Assembly: GCA_051155755.1 (NCBI GenBank)
Contig: DAXETY010000030.1
Location: 4,551 to 68,550, forward strand
Source of the DNA: Desulfobacterales bacterium
GTDB lineage: Bacteria; Desulfobacterota; Desulfobacteria; Desulfobacterales; SG8-13
Length of the DNA: 64,000 nt
Reading direction: 5' to 3'
A program made the position numbers and the translations under genes. Below are positions 48,606 through 58,643 of this stretch, in pieces (position 1 is the stretch's first letter; each line of letters begins with the position of its first letter). The notes beneath the pieces were generated by a model, which was not told the DNA's origin, did not search any database, and saw only the letters and a program-made list of their open reading frames with translations.

Positions 48606-51002
48606 TTAGCTGATGCAGACGCGCCGCACTTCCCTCACATCGGTAAGACCCTGCAGCACCTTCATCAGGCCGTCCTGCTTCAGCGTGGTCATGCCCTCCT
48701 TGGCAGCCTGCAAAAAAAGCTCTTCGGTGGAGGCCGCTTTTTTGATCATGCGTTTGACCGTGGGCGTGCCTTCCATCAACTCGTGGATACCCATCCGTCC
48801 CCGGTAGCCCGTTCCGGAACAACGCTCGCAGGTGCCCGGTGCCTTGAGCATCAGGTTGGAATCGTACTGGAAGCCGTTTTTCTCGAAAAGTTTGCGGCCG
48901 TAATCCGAAGCGATCTCTTCGAACTCCTCCCGCGGGGGGTTGTATTCCTTGGAGCAGCTGCAAAGACGCCGTGTCAATCGTTGCGCCAGCACACCCAGAA
49001 AAGCATCGGAGAAGTTCAAGGGATTGAGCCCCATGTCGAGCAGCCGGGTGATGGTCTCCGGGGCGCTGTTGGTGTGCAGGGTCGAGAAGACCAGGTGACC
49101 GGTCAACGAAGCCTCCACTCCGATGGAGGCGGTTTCTTCATCCCGCATTTCACCGATCATGATCACGTCCGGGTCGGCGCGCAGAAACGCCCGCATGATC
49201 CGGGCGAAATTAAGGCCGATGCGCGGTTTGGCTTCCACCTGTCGCAGTCCGGCCTGGGTGATTTCCACCGGGTCTTCCGCCGTCCAGATTTTAATCCCGG
49301 GCGCATTGATGTGCCCCAGGGCCGCATGCAGGGTCGTGGTTTTACCGGAACCGGTCGGGCCCACGCACAGGATCAATCCGTAAGGTTTCTGGATGATGGC
49401 CTTCAGGATCTTAAGATTCCGCTCGGTCAACCCCATGTCGTCGAGCTTCATGGCGCCGGCTTTGGCCAGAATTCGCAGGACGGCGTCTTCGAAGCCGCCG
49501 GCGGTGGGCAAGGTGGCGACACGAAGCTCGAAACCGGGCACGCCTTTGCGCTTGAATTTAATCTTGCCGTCCTGGGGCAGTCGCCGCTCGGCGATATCCA
49601 GCTGCGACATGATTTTGACGCGGGAAAGAATGCCGCGGGCCATGGAATTGGGTACTTTGAGGTACTCCTGGCAGACGCCGTCCATGCGGAATCGGATGGT
49701 GGTGGCCTTCGTGACCGGCGATGGCTCGATGTGGATATCCGAGGCGTTTTTGCGGTAGGCCGCAATAATAAATTGGTCCACCAGCTTGACGACCTTACTG
49801 GAGCTCTCATCGACTTCTTCGGGCATTTCATCATCGTCGTCATCTTCTTCGAAGGAAACATCCGGTATCAGGTCGATGTCGTCCAGGTTGCTGACCGCTT
49901 CCTCATCGTCCATGACATCCTTGTCATAGAACCGCTTGATGAATTCCTCGATGTCTTCGCGCAGACCAACGGAAAAATTGATCTTGGGGGTATTCATCAA
50001 TGTCTTGATGTTGTCGGTCTTGTTCAGGTCACGGGGTTCGTCCACCAGCACTTCGACCAGGTCCTTGTCCCAGGTGAGCGGCACCCAGCATTCGTTCATC
50101 AGAAAGGCCTCTTTCAGATTGACCAGCAATTCCTGGGGCGTCGGCAGGGATGGATCGTATTCCCGGAATTTGCAGCCGTAATAAGACGAAAACGACTTTC
50201 CGATGTCGGCTTTGCTGACACCGTATTGACCGATGAGGACGAACTCGACGCTTTTGTTCATTTTTTTCGAGAGGGCGAATGCCTTCTGAAGTTGATCGGT
50301 GGTCACCAGATTTCGCCGCAGCAGGTAGTCGTACTTGGACTTCGAAGAAAGGCTGGCCGTCAGACCGTCGATTCGCTTTTTGATTTCCTGGTCCTCGGGA
50401 TTCTGTTTGTGGGCGGCCCTATACAGGTCCAGGGCCGGATCTTTATGGTCGCGCTTTTCCATTTCCTGGCCGAAAAGACCCAGAATCACCGCCCGGCTGG
50501 CAACTTCCAGCCGTTGATCGGAAACCATCTTAATCGCCTCTTCGACCACCTTGTCCGGCGAATTGAGCTTCATCATGCATTCGTGTATATCGCCTACGAT
50601 TTTCTCCGGTGGATGTCCCTGCAGCAACAGTTTTTCGTACTCCTTGACGGCCTCGGCATGCAGGCCGAGTTCCTTGAAACTGGCGGCACTGTCCAGCAAG
50701 GTTTGTCCGCTGAGAATGTCGCGACCGGATTCCGAACCCGACAGGGTCTTTTTCAGCATCGAAATGTCTTTGGCCGAAACCTGCTTGGCCTCGGAATGTT
50801 CGCGGTCGTCGATTTGCTTTTTAATTTCGTCGATCTTGGACTGGACTTTACCCGCCAGGGCGGTATCGCCCGGGCCCAATTCGGAAAGCACCTTTTCGTA
50901 AATACCGATCGCCTCATCGTAGAGGCCCATGGAGCGGCAAACTTCGGCTTCGTTGAGTCTGGCATCATGATTGCTGTTCGATTTCGCCTGCGCTGATTTC
51001 AT
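48606..51002 (-). CDS. PilB/GspE-family secretion ATPase with N-terminal TPR extension
   Basis: ASDIHIEP, LDIAERRLPQDG, GPTGSGKTTT, EDPVE, LRADPDVIMIGEMRD, TGHLVFSTLHTN, Cys motifs; N-terminus EAEVCRSMGLYDEAIGIYEKVL is TPR-like. Confidence 0.9.
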   Translation of the reverse strand: MKSAQAKSNSNHDARLNEAEVCRSMGLYDEAIGIYEKVLSELGPGDTALAGKVQSKIDEIKKQIDDREHSEAKQVSAKDISMLKKTLSGSESGRDILSGQTLLDSAASFKELGLHAEAVKEYEKLLLQGHPPEKIVGDIHECMMKLNSPDKVVEEAIKMVSDQRLEVASRAVILGLFGQEMEKRDHKDPALDLYRAAHKQNPEDQEIKKRIDGLTASLSSKSKYDYLLRRNLVTTDQLQKAFALSKKMNKSVEFVLIGQYGVSKADIGKSFSSYYGCKFREYDPSLPTPQELLVNLKEAFLMNECWVPLTWDKDLVEVLVDEPRDLNKTDNIKTLMNTPKINFSVGLREDIEEFIKRFYDKDVMDDEEAVSNLDDIDLIPDVSFEEDDDDDEMPEEVDESSSKVVKLVDQFIIAAYRKNASDIHIEPSPVTKATTIRFRMDGVCQEYLKVPNSMARGILSRVKIMSQLDIAERRLPQDGKIKFKRKGVPGFELRVATLPTAGGFEDAVLRILAKAGAMKLDDMGLTERNLKILKAIIQKPYGLILCVGPTGSGKTTTLHAALGHINAPGIKIWTAEDPVEITQAGLRQVEAKPRIGLNFARIMRAFLRADPDVIMIGEMRDEETASIGVEASLTGHLVFSTLHTNSAPETITRLLDMGLNPLNFSDAFLGVLAQRLTRRLCSCSKEYNPPREEFEEIASDYGRKLFEKNGFQYDSNLMLKAPGTCERCSGTGYRGRMGIHELMEGTPTVKRMIKKAASTEELFLQAAKEGMTTLKQDGLMKVLQGLTDVREVRRVCIS

Positions 51003-51090
51003 TGTGATCTCTCCACCTCAAGCGTGTATGAACCGATAACGGGCCCAGCCCAGTGCCATCAGCGATCCGTGGAAGGGCACGAAGCGAATG

Positions 51091-51447
51091 TCAGTGAGCG
51101 GATTTCTTGAAAAATCGTTTCAGCGTTCCGCCACTGCCGACACGTTTCAGGGACGGCAACACGATATCGCAGTTCAATCTCAGCATCGCACCGGACACCT
51201 TGGGATCTGCAACCACCAGCAAGTAGCCGGACTCCGACCGGCGCAGATAAATTCGAAGCTTTTCATAGACAATATCGACCTCGCGAAGGCGCTTTATGGC
51301 TGTCACCAGCCCCTTCCAGTCCATATCGTCCGGCGGCGTGAAGCGGACACTGTGAAACCGGGCAAAAAGCACCTCGGCTCCGCCGGATAAAAACAACACG
51401 CCGTGGACCCCGGTCAGCGAAAGGATATCTGCAAAATGTTCTTTCAT
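51091..51447 (-). CDS. Small roadblock/LC7-like hypothetical protein
   Basis: ILSLTGVHGVLFLSGGAEVL...YLLVVA...AMLRL pattern; Mgl context. Confidence 0.55.
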   Translation of the reverse strand: MKEHFADILSLTGVHGVLFLSGGAEVLFARFHSVRFTPPDDMDWKGLVTAIKRLREVDIVYEKLRIYLRRSESGYLLVVADPKVSGAMLRLNCDIVLPSLKRVGSGGTLKRFFKKSAH

Positions 51448-52493
51448 ATGGTTTTTCGCGTGTCGCCTTTCGAATAACCTGCCAACAGGGTTAAAAGCCG
51501 ATCCCGCGGAGTCCGGGCCTTGACGCCGGCTTCGACCGGAGGGGAACCCGGCAGCAAAAGAGAATCCCCACCGTCATCCCGATCGATGTAACAAACCTGG
51601 ATCGCGCCGGAATCGATCTGCTTGCCCATATCGCTCAACCGTTCCAGCAGCGGCTCCCAGGAAGGCGCCGGATGAACGCCGCTGACGGCGCCGCCGCAAT
51701 TTTTTTCCAGAAATTCCCGGAGTCCGACCAGCGTATCGTGCCCCTCGCCGGCGGCCGAATCCGGCCTTGTCTCCCCTGGGGGGTCCGCTTCAATAGGTCC
51801 CGAAGCGACTTCCAGCGACTCGTCCTTTCGCCGGCTGGCCTCCAGAATCAGCGCCTGCAGTTCACTGCGGATGCGGTCGGGTAAGTTGGGACAGACGTTC
51901 TGAATCGAAATGGTCACCTTATCCCAGGCGAAAATCTCGTAAGCGGCCGGTTTGCCCTGCAATTGACCCACCCTGGCGTCCAACAGCGTACCGTCTTGAA
52001 AAAACAGCACGCCGCTGCGACCGGTTGATTTGTCCTCCAGGCGGACGGTGCAGGTCTTCTGTTCCATTTCGACCAGTTGCAGAAAAATACCGGAAGAAAC
52101 GCTGTGAAGCGTACCGCCTTCGGATTCCTGTCGCAGTGCGCCCAGGATCTGGTGTGCCAGCGTCTCGAGCATGAAGGGTTTGGCAATGTATCCCACCGCA
52201 CCGCCGCTGCGTGCCATGGATTCCATTTCCGGCGTGCTGTAACCGGTAATGACAATCACCGGTATGTCGGGATAATGTTCCATGATGTGCTGCAACAGGG
52301 CAAAACCATCCAGTCGGGGCATCTTCAGATCGGTAACCACCAATGAAACAGCACGCTTTTTGAGCACCTCGATCGCTTCGACGCCGTCCTCGGCGGCAAT
52401 GACCGCAAATGTGTCTTCGTATCGAGCGAAGCCGTTTTTCAATGTGGCCAGCATCTCGGTATCGTCATCGACAATGAGAACGTTTTTTACCAT
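51444..52493 (-). CDS. Response regulator with DUF4388/PATAN-like domain
   Basis: VLIVDDD, VTDLKMPRLDG, KPF; then LQLVEMEQKTCTVRL...GVLFFQDGTLLDA. Confidence 0.85.
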   Translation of the reverse strand: MVKNVLIVDDDTEMLATLKNGFARYEDTFAVIAAEDGVEAIEVLKKRAVSLVVTDLKMPRLDGFALLQHIMEHYPDIPVIVITGYSTPEMESMARSGGAVGYIAKPFMLETLAHQILGALRQESEGGTLHSVSSGIFLQLVEMEQKTCTVRLEDKSTGRSGVLFFQDGTLLDARVGQLQGKPAAYEIFAWDKVTISIQNVCPNLPDRIRSELQALILEASRRKDESLEVASGPIEADPPGETRPDSAAGEGHDTLVGLREFLEKNCGGAVSGVHPAPSWEPLLERLSDMGKQIDSGAIQVCYIDRDDGGDSLLLPGSPPVEAGVKARTPRDRLLTLLAGYSKGDTRKTI

Positions 52494-52531
52494 TGCTCTT
52501 TCCTGCAGCGCAATCGAACCGCACATCCCCC

Positions 52532-53587
52532 TCAGGAAGCCCGGTCGATATCGAAAATCTTGACGCCGGCCACATATTCCATGGCGGCGTATTTTTTGAT
52601 CTTCCCGATTTTCTGGGTGATCTCGGTCATGCGGCCGATCTGGTTCTGCACCATCCGGAGCTTTTCGTAACAGTCATCTTCCGGATCGGCACTGTGCACC
52701 AATTCGCCGAGCAGATTGGCGGCGATGGTCAACGGCTGATTGAGGCGATGCGCCACCCCGCCGGCCATTTCAAGCACGCCTTGCAGCTTTTCCTCGTTGT
52801 TGGATTTTTTACAAGCATTCATTCGCTCGGTCACATCCTGGCCGACGATTTTGATGTGATGCAAACGGTTGGCCTTCTTGATCCCGATGGCCTGAACGTC
52901 AAGATGGCGCGCGTTGCCGCCACCACCCATCACTGTCAGCAGCACCTGTTCGCTGCCGAATTTCAAGATGTCCGACAGAAACAGCAAAAACAGATCTTTC
53001 TGGGCGGCAACCAGGTATTCCTGCAGCAGTTGTCCGCGCAATCGCTCTCGAGTCTCACCGAGAATGGCAGCGCCGGCCGCGTTGATTTCCTGAATTTCCC
53101 CCTGGATGTCCAGAATCGCGACAACGTCATTGGAGGTCGAGATCAAACCGTCGAGCGGCGGGATTCGTTCGGTCCCCTTGATTTCTCCGGTAATGTCGCG
53201 AAGCATGCCGTCGAGATGCACTACGATGCCGTCTTCGTCCAGAACGGCCTGCGCCGTAACCGAGCACCACATCTGCGAACCGTCTTTTCGAACGAAGGCA
53301 ACCGGGACTTCGATCACCCGGCCCCGCTGCATAATCGCATGAATCAAAACGCCCCGATCCTTTTTGTTGCGGTAGAGATCGATCACCGGGCATCCGATCA
53401 TGTCTGCAACGGATTCAAAACCGAAAATCTTTGCCAGGGCTCGATTCCCGTATCGAATTTTGCCTTCAATTGTGGTGCGATAGACGGCCACCGGCAACCG
53501 ATTGATAAAATCGACAACCCATCGGGCGGAATTGCCGAAAGTGTTTTTCCCCTTCCCGGACGTCAAACCCTGAAAAACCTCCACCAC
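52532..53587 (-). CDS. PAS-PAS protein with HisKA-like helix but no ATPase domain
   Basis: Two PAS domains (NRALAKIFG...RKDGSQMW...RDIT; N.AG...QDVTE), then MAGGVAHRLNQPL and a short tail. Confidence 0.8.
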   Translation of the reverse strand: MVEVFQGLTSGKGKNTFGNSARWVVDFINRLPVAVYRTTIEGKIRYGNRALAKIFGFESVADMIGCPVIDLYRNKKDRGVLIHAIMQRGRVIEVPVAFVRKDGSQMWCSVTAQAVLDEDGIVVHLDGMLRDITGEIKGTERIPPLDGLISTSNDVVAILDIQGEIQEINAAGAAILGETRERLRGQLLQEYLVAAQKDLFLLFLSDILKFGSEQVLLTVMGGGGNARHLDVQAIGIKKANRLHHIKIVGQDVTERMNACKKSNNEEKLQGVLEMAGGVAHRLNQPLTIAANLLGELVHSADPEDDCYEKLRMVQNQIGRMTEITQKIGKIKKYAAMEYVAGVKIFDIDRAS

Positions 53588-53689
53588 ACTTCAGCCAACG
53601 CGTTCGGCGCCGGATCCCGGGCGGCAGTCACCACCCGGAATCGAAAACCCTTCCAGAATCATATTTTTGAAAAATTTGAAACGCTCATT

Positions 53690-54673
53690 TTACGGCCGCA
53701 GCAGTTTACCGATGCCCAGATCGTTCAATTTTGCGTCGTATTTGCGGTACCAGGAAGCCAGGTAACTTCGCAGTTCATTGCCCAATCCAATTTCGTCGGC
53801 CAACTCGAGCATCGTGGTTACGAGTCCTTCGGCCAATTCCGGATCGGTCGCGGTACCGTTGAATTTGATTTTGCGATCGACATATTCGAATTCGGCGGCA
53901 AAGGGGTCGAGAAACACGTACCGCTCGACGTTTTCGACAAATTTTTTCCGGATCAGGGTATTAAAATCGGTATCCCGGTTCCGTTTCGAACGGTACAGCG
54001 TTTCAAAAATGCTCAAAAACTCTTCCAGTATGGTAAGCACCCTGCGCCCCCCGCCTGCCGGGGGCCGGTCGGTTTTTGGGGTCGCCAATGGAATGCTGCT
54101 GACCTGAAAGAGGCCGCCGTTGCGCTTGCTCTTTTGCACCAGCGTTTCAACCCGGGCCTGAAGCGAAGTCGATTCACCGGGCTGCCAACTGAAAGACCCC
54201 CCGACGACTTCCCCGCCGCTGAGAAAAATCATGCCGCCCTCACCACTCTTTCGCAGCGCCACATCGATGTATCCGGTCAGTTTTTCGGCGCGCATTTTTT
54301 TCAGCAGACCCTGCAGGTCGGTAAATTCGGTGCTCAAATCTTTGTAACGAATTTCGGCGGTGGGGATGGTGGCCCAGAAGTAAACTTCCTCCCGGGGCAG
54401 GCGATAGACATCCAACACAAAATTGTGTTCGAATTCGTCGTTAACCAATTTTTTCACGGCCGGTTTGCCGTGAAGCTTTTCCTTTTTGTTGGTGTAATAG
54501 CCGTTCAGAATCTCATCCGGGTCGAAATAGATTACCCCGCCGGCGACCGCGGACTGAAAGACGATACAACCGGCCCCGATTTCACCCTGGAAATGCTCCA
54601 GCAAACGATCCCGGTGCAGGTAGTAGGTATTTAAATTCGCAATAACCGCCTTTTCCTTCGGGATAACGAGCAT
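53690..54673 (-). CDS. Hypothetical protein with two DUF4388/PATAN-like repeats
   Basis: GGVIYFDPDEILNG and LLKKMRAEKLTGYI...GMIFLSGGEVVG. Confidence 0.6.
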   Translation of the reverse strand: MLVIPKEKAVIANLNTYYLHRDRLLEHFQGEIGAGCIVFQSAVAGGVIYFDPDEILNGYYTNKKEKLHGKPAVKKLVNDEFEHNFVLDVYRLPREEVYFWATIPTAEIRYKDLSTEFTDLQGLLKKMRAEKLTGYIDVALRKSGEGGMIFLSGGEVVGGSFSWQPGESTSLQARVETLVQKSKRNGGLFQVSSIPLATPKTDRPPAGGGRRVLTILEEFLSIFETLYRSKRNRDTDFNTLIRKKFVENVERYVFLDPFAAEFEYVDRKIKFNGTATDPELAEGLVTTMLELADEIGLGNELRSYLASWYRKYDAKLNDLGIGKLLRP

Positions 54674-54790
54674 CGAACCCCTCAAACGTCGTTCGGCAGA
54701 GGAACGCACATCCGATTCATATCCATCCCTTCTCCGTGGATGGACATCCATTCAAGCTTTTCACGGGCCGTTGGACCAGGAGTAGCGGAA

Positions 54791-55267
54791 TTACCCGGCG
54801 TAGCCCTTGTCACGAATCAGCCGTACCATGGCGATTTGAAATTCGTTTCTTTTGTTCTCCGGTTGAATTTCACGGGCCAGTGCATCGACCAGGTCGGCAG
54901 CCAGTTCATTGGGGAACCGGGCAGGTTCGTGTCCCAATGCCTCGATTTCCTCTTCAATCAATACCGGGGCAATCGGCCCGATTGCCTTGGACAGTGCCTG
55001 ATTCAGCAGATGGAAAAATTCTTCGTCGGCATGTCGAGCTCCGGCCGCCACCGGCCGAATCAAATCCAATTCGAGCAGCCTGGCAATCGCATCCTGCAGG
55101 CTTGCCGGTTCCCGATTGATGGTTTGCGCCACCTCTTCGATCGTTCTGCTGCCGTCGCACTTTAAAAATACCTGCAACAGCATCCGGTCCAACGAAACGT
55201 TTTTCAGGTGGTCACCGACCACCTGTTGGTAGATTGTATTGGAGATGTCTCCGAAAGAACCTTTCAA
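54791..55267 (-). CDS. Hypothetical protein (wHTH-like plus helical domain)
   Basis: CDGSRTIEEVA...IARLLELDLI; AIGPIAPVLIEE; lies within the co-oriented cluster. Confidence 0.65.
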   Translation of the reverse strand: MKGSFGDISNTIYQQVVGDHLKNVSLDRMLLQVFLKCDGSRTIEEVAQTINREPASLQDAIARLLELDLIRPVAAGARHADEEFFHLLNQALSKAIGPIAPVLIEEEIEALGHEPARFPNELAADLVDALAREIQPENKRNEFQIAMVRLIRDKGYAG

Positions 55268-55346
55268 GGCAGTTCCTCCAAAGCCACCGGCATCGCGAGA
55301 TCCTTTCGCTGTTTCGAATTGTTCGGGCCGAAGGCGTTTGGCGGCT

Positions 55347-56153
55347 TCAATTGCGTTTTGCCAGGGCTTCCTTCAGCTGCCGGATCTCCATACGAAGGGC
55401 TTTTATCTCAGCCATCAGACTGGACTTCAACTCGGCGATCAATTTCGCTACCGGCGGGGCGCCTGCACGCGGAGAGGTTTCGGGCGCATCGGCTTCAACC
55501 GGTTTGCTTTCAACCGGTTTGCCATCAACCGGTTTGGCTTCAATCGATTTGACTTCAACCGGTTTGACTTCGGGCGGTCTCTTTTCGACCGTGGTTTTCG
55601 CCACCGGCGACGCCAGCTTGGCTTTCAGCTTCTTGTATCTTGCCAGCTCCTGGGAGAGCACTTTCTTTTTCTCCGCCTCGGAAAGATGCTCTGCTCCGGC
55701 AATGGATTCCAGCTGGTTGAAAAGCGAATTCAGAACTTGAAACGATTCCGGATGCGATTTGGCAAGATTGACCCGGATATATTCGCCCAGAGATCCGAGC
55801 AATTGAAGAAATACCAGGACAATCTTATCATCCCGGTAGTGATCCTGAAGTACGCCCACCTGTTCGACGAAGCCGGTCATAACGGTTTCGTTGATTTCCC
55901 AGTCGATCGAAAGAACGATGGTTTTCAGCTTCCGCAAGGGGTCCTGAATTTCTTCCGAAGACGGTTCCTCCCAGGCGGTATCGGTTTCTGATTCCGTCTC
56001 GGCCGCTTGCTCCGGCTCGGGCATGGCTTCTTGACCATCTTTGTCGACGGTTTCCTCTTCCCAGGAATCGCCCGTGTCTTCTTCGCCGAAGATGCTCTGC
56101 AATCGATTTTCGACCTCTTCGGCGAAGGAATCACCTTTGCTCTGCGGTGCCAA
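55347..56153 (-). CDS. Acidic hypothetical protein with KPVE pentapeptide repeats and C-terminal coiled coil
   Basis: Long ORF directly downstream of mglA; LKTIVLSIDWEI core. Confidence 0.7.
   Translation of the reverse strand: MAPQSKGDSFAEEVENRLQSIFGEEDTGDSWEEETVDKDGQEAMPEPEQAAETESETDTAWEEPSSEEIQDPLRKLKTIVLSIDWEINETVMTGFVEQVGVLQDHYRDDKIVLVFLQLLGSLGEYIRVNLAKSHPESFQVLNSLFNQLESIAGAEHLSEAEKKKVLSQELARYKKLKAKLASPVAKTTVEKRPPEVKPVEVKSIEAKPVDGKPVESKPVEADAPETSPRAGAPPVAKLIAELKSSLMAEIKALRMEIRQLKEALAKRN
55491..55571 (-). repeat. In-frame 15-nt tandem repeat (about 5 copies, (E/D)xKPV)
   Basis: TCAACCGGTTTG(G/A)CT units on the + strand. Confidence 0.85.
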
Positions 56154-56164
56154 GATTGCCCCCT

Positions 56165-56770
56165 TTACTTCAACTCCTTGATGATTGAAGCCATCGTCAT
56201 GGAAATAATCTTTTTCATGGTCGGTACCACATTGGTTCCCACCAATGCACTGGCATTGAATGCGGCTGTCTTCAGCTTTTGGTTCAGGTCTTTTTCCATC
56301 GACTCGTAGGAAAGCAGCGGGATGCCTTGCTCGGCAAGATCGACCTTATTGTATTGCAGTACGATCGGTGTTTTGAACACGCTCTTTTTGTAAGTGGCCA
56401 GATTTTCCTGCAAGTTTTTCAATGAAAGGATATTCTTTTCCCTTCGCACCGCCATCGCGTCGGCAACGAACACGATGCCGTCGACGCCGCGCAGCACCAA
56501 CCGGCGGGCGGCATTGTATTTCACCTGCCCCGGAACCGTGTAGAGCTGGATTTTGACGTCGTATCCGTTGACCTTGCCGATATCGAAGGGCAGGAAATCG
56601 AAAAACAGCGTCCGGTCGCCATGGGTGTTGATCGTAACCATTTCGGTTTTGATCCGGTTGCGGAATTTCTGGAAAATATACTCCAGATTGGTCGTTTTCC
56701 CGCCTCGGCCCGGACCGTAGTAGACGATCTTTACCTGCACTTCTTTTTTTCTTGGATTTACAAATGCCAT
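56165..56770 (-). CDS. mglA: MglA-family small Ras-like GTPase
   Basis: KIVYYGPGRGGKTTNL, DRTLFFDFLP, LYTVPGQV.Y, LRGVDGIVFVAD, QYNKVDL. Confidence 0.93.
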   Translation of the reverse strand: MAFVNPRKKEVQVKIVYYGPGRGGKTTNLEYIFQKFRNRIKTEMVTINTHGDRTLFFDFLPFDIGKVNGYDVKIQLYTVPGQVKYNAARRLVLRGVDGIVFVADAMAVRREKNILSLKNLQENLATYKKSVFKTPIVLQYNKVDLAEQGIPLLSYESMEKDLNQKLKTAAFNASALVGTNVVPTMKKIISMTMASIIKELK

Positions 56771-56856
56771 AATCGCCAATGGCCCTGCGGCCCATCACGG
56801 GTTACCCGTCCATCATCGGTGTCATCTACCGAATCGACAATCGTTTTCCCAGCCCA

Positions 56857-57267
56857 TCAGGGGGTTTGAATCGCTTCGAGAATCTGCTGGATTTTTTCCA
56901 CACTTTCGTTGACTCTCAGCCGCAGAAAGCCGAGGGAGATGTCATTGCTGAAAATTGTGATCAACAAAAATTCGTTGATGATTTTGTTGAAATGGATGTT
57001 CTCTTTTTTTCCTTTATGGAAAAGCAGTGAAAACTCCCCCTCCCCGATGATTTTGGCCATTGCACTGACGGCACCGAAATTTCCGGCCGCAAGAGCTGCC
57101 AGAGAATACACATCGTGTTTGATCTGGCCGTTGTCGCGATTGGCGATAATGTTGCCGGCCATATCGATGAGAAACACGCAACGGACTCCAACATCGACCA
57201 GGTCCTGCTGCAGAACCGCCTCGACCTCATCCAGCTGTTCTTGACCCAGGGTGTAAGACAATGGCAT
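56857..57267 (-). CDS. mglB: MglB-family roadblock/LC7 protein (GAP)
   Basis: LIDMAGNIIA, SLAALAAGNFGA...AKIIGEGEFSLLFHKG, SLGFLRL; upstream of mglA. Confidence 0.9.
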   Translation of the reverse strand: MPLSYTLGQEQLDEVEAVLQQDLVDVGVRCVFLIDMAGNIIANRDNGQIKHDVYSLAALAAGNFGAVSAMAKIIGEGEFSLLFHKGKKENIHFNKIINEFLLITIFSNDISLGFLRLRVNESVEKIQQILEAIQTP

Positions 57268-57680
57268 TCCTCCAACATCGAGTCCTGAACGGCAATCAGT
57301 TCCAGCCCGGGCCGGAGCCTGGTTTGGTTCCTCAACGGCCTGCCAGCCAATGATGCAGCGGCCGGAATCGCAGGGCCGGGTCACTGTCCGGCTCTGAAAT
57401 TTTGAAATGTAGGATCTTTATAATACACCGTAGTTTATTGTATATAAGAATATCAGAATTGGCCCAGCGGAACAAGCTATTTTCGTGTCGGCAAACCATT
57501 TTGTGGCATGGCCTATACTTTTTTTTCGTATTGATATCAATAAATTATAATCGCATGCGCAGTCCCGGGTCATACGTCCTTGATCTGCACGACCATCGGT
57601 TCTACAATTAGCCTGCCCTTACAACCGCTTTGTGAATGGATACGACCCGTTGGTTCACCAGTAAGCGGAGGCGATGAGAC

Positions 57681-58394
57681 ATGAAATCCAACTCCTCCGG
57701 CATTCGGCACCGGCCGTTTCAGCAACTGCGGAAACTGTTGGAGCAAAAGCAACTGACCCTTCGTTCCGAAACCGAAAACCAGGCACCCAGGCGCCAACGC
57801 CCGCTGGGCCCGGAACAGGAACGTCAACTTTTTCGCAAAGCGATGGAAGGGGTCGCGCCGCTGGAGCAGAATAAACACGGCAAACGCAACACCTTAAAAA
57901 CGGGCGCACCGGCGCCCGAATCTCCGATCGATCGGGACGCCCTGACACAACTGCGCTGTTTGATTCAAACCGGACGGGGTTTTGTGGTATCCGACACTGC
58001 CGAATACCGTGAAGGCGTCGCACCCAATGTCCATCCGTCGGTTAGCCGGCACCTGCACAGGGGTCGGTTTTCCATTCAAGCCCACACCGACCTGCACGGA
58101 TTGACGGCGGCAGAGTCCCGGGAGGTGTTGGACCGATTTTTCCGCGAAGCCATAAGCTCCGGGAAACGCGGCCTGTTGATCGTGCACGGACGCGGGCTGT
58201 CTTCTCCCGGAAATCCGGTGCTGAAAACGATGGTCCACGAATGGTTGGCCAGCGGCCCCTGGCGCAAATGGGTGATCGCTTTTTCCAGTGCTCGAATCTG
58301 CGACGGCGGAGCCGGGGCGACTTACGTGCTGCTGCGCCGGCGTCCCAGTACCCGGCGCCATCGCAAACAACGCCGTCCGGCCCCACCAAAATAA
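57681..58394 (+). CDS. Smr-domain endonuclease
   Basis: LFRKAMEGVAPL, DLHGLT, IVHGRGLSS...PVLK, DGGAGATYVLL. Confidence 0.9.
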   Translation: MKSNSSGIRHRPFQQLRKLLEQKQLTLRSETENQAPRRQRPLGPEQERQLFRKAMEGVAPLEQNKHGKRNTLKTGAPAPESPIDRDALTQLRCLIQTGRGFVVSDTAEYREGVAPNVHPSVSRHLHRGRFSIQAHTDLHGLTAAESREVLDRFFREAISSGKRGLLIVHGRGLSSPGNPVLKTMVHEWLASGPWRKWVIAFSSARICDGGAGATYVLLRRRPSTRRHRKQRRPAPPK

Positions 58395-58643
58395 GCGCTT
58401 TTGCCTGCGCCCACCGGTTCACTGCATTAAAATTTCATGAGCTTGTCGAAAAATATTGACATCGACCTGTTTTTTCACTAATTTTTGTTGTTTACGCAAA
58501 GCCGGTTGCATGTGATGAAAAATCCTTGACTCGGATGCGCATTTCCAAGTGAAGGATTTTTTTATTTTTTTAAGGTTGGACTGCTCCGTTTGGGAAATAC
58601 CAACGCAGACGTTAACACATCGACACAGAAGGAAGCCGCAGCA

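Noticed and set aside
48360-50996. 878-aa + strand ORF and other long antisense ORFs (e.g. 52493-54634, 59250-60821, 9421-10875)
   Set aside because: Shadow frames opposite well-supported genes in GC-rich DNA; no recognisable motifs.
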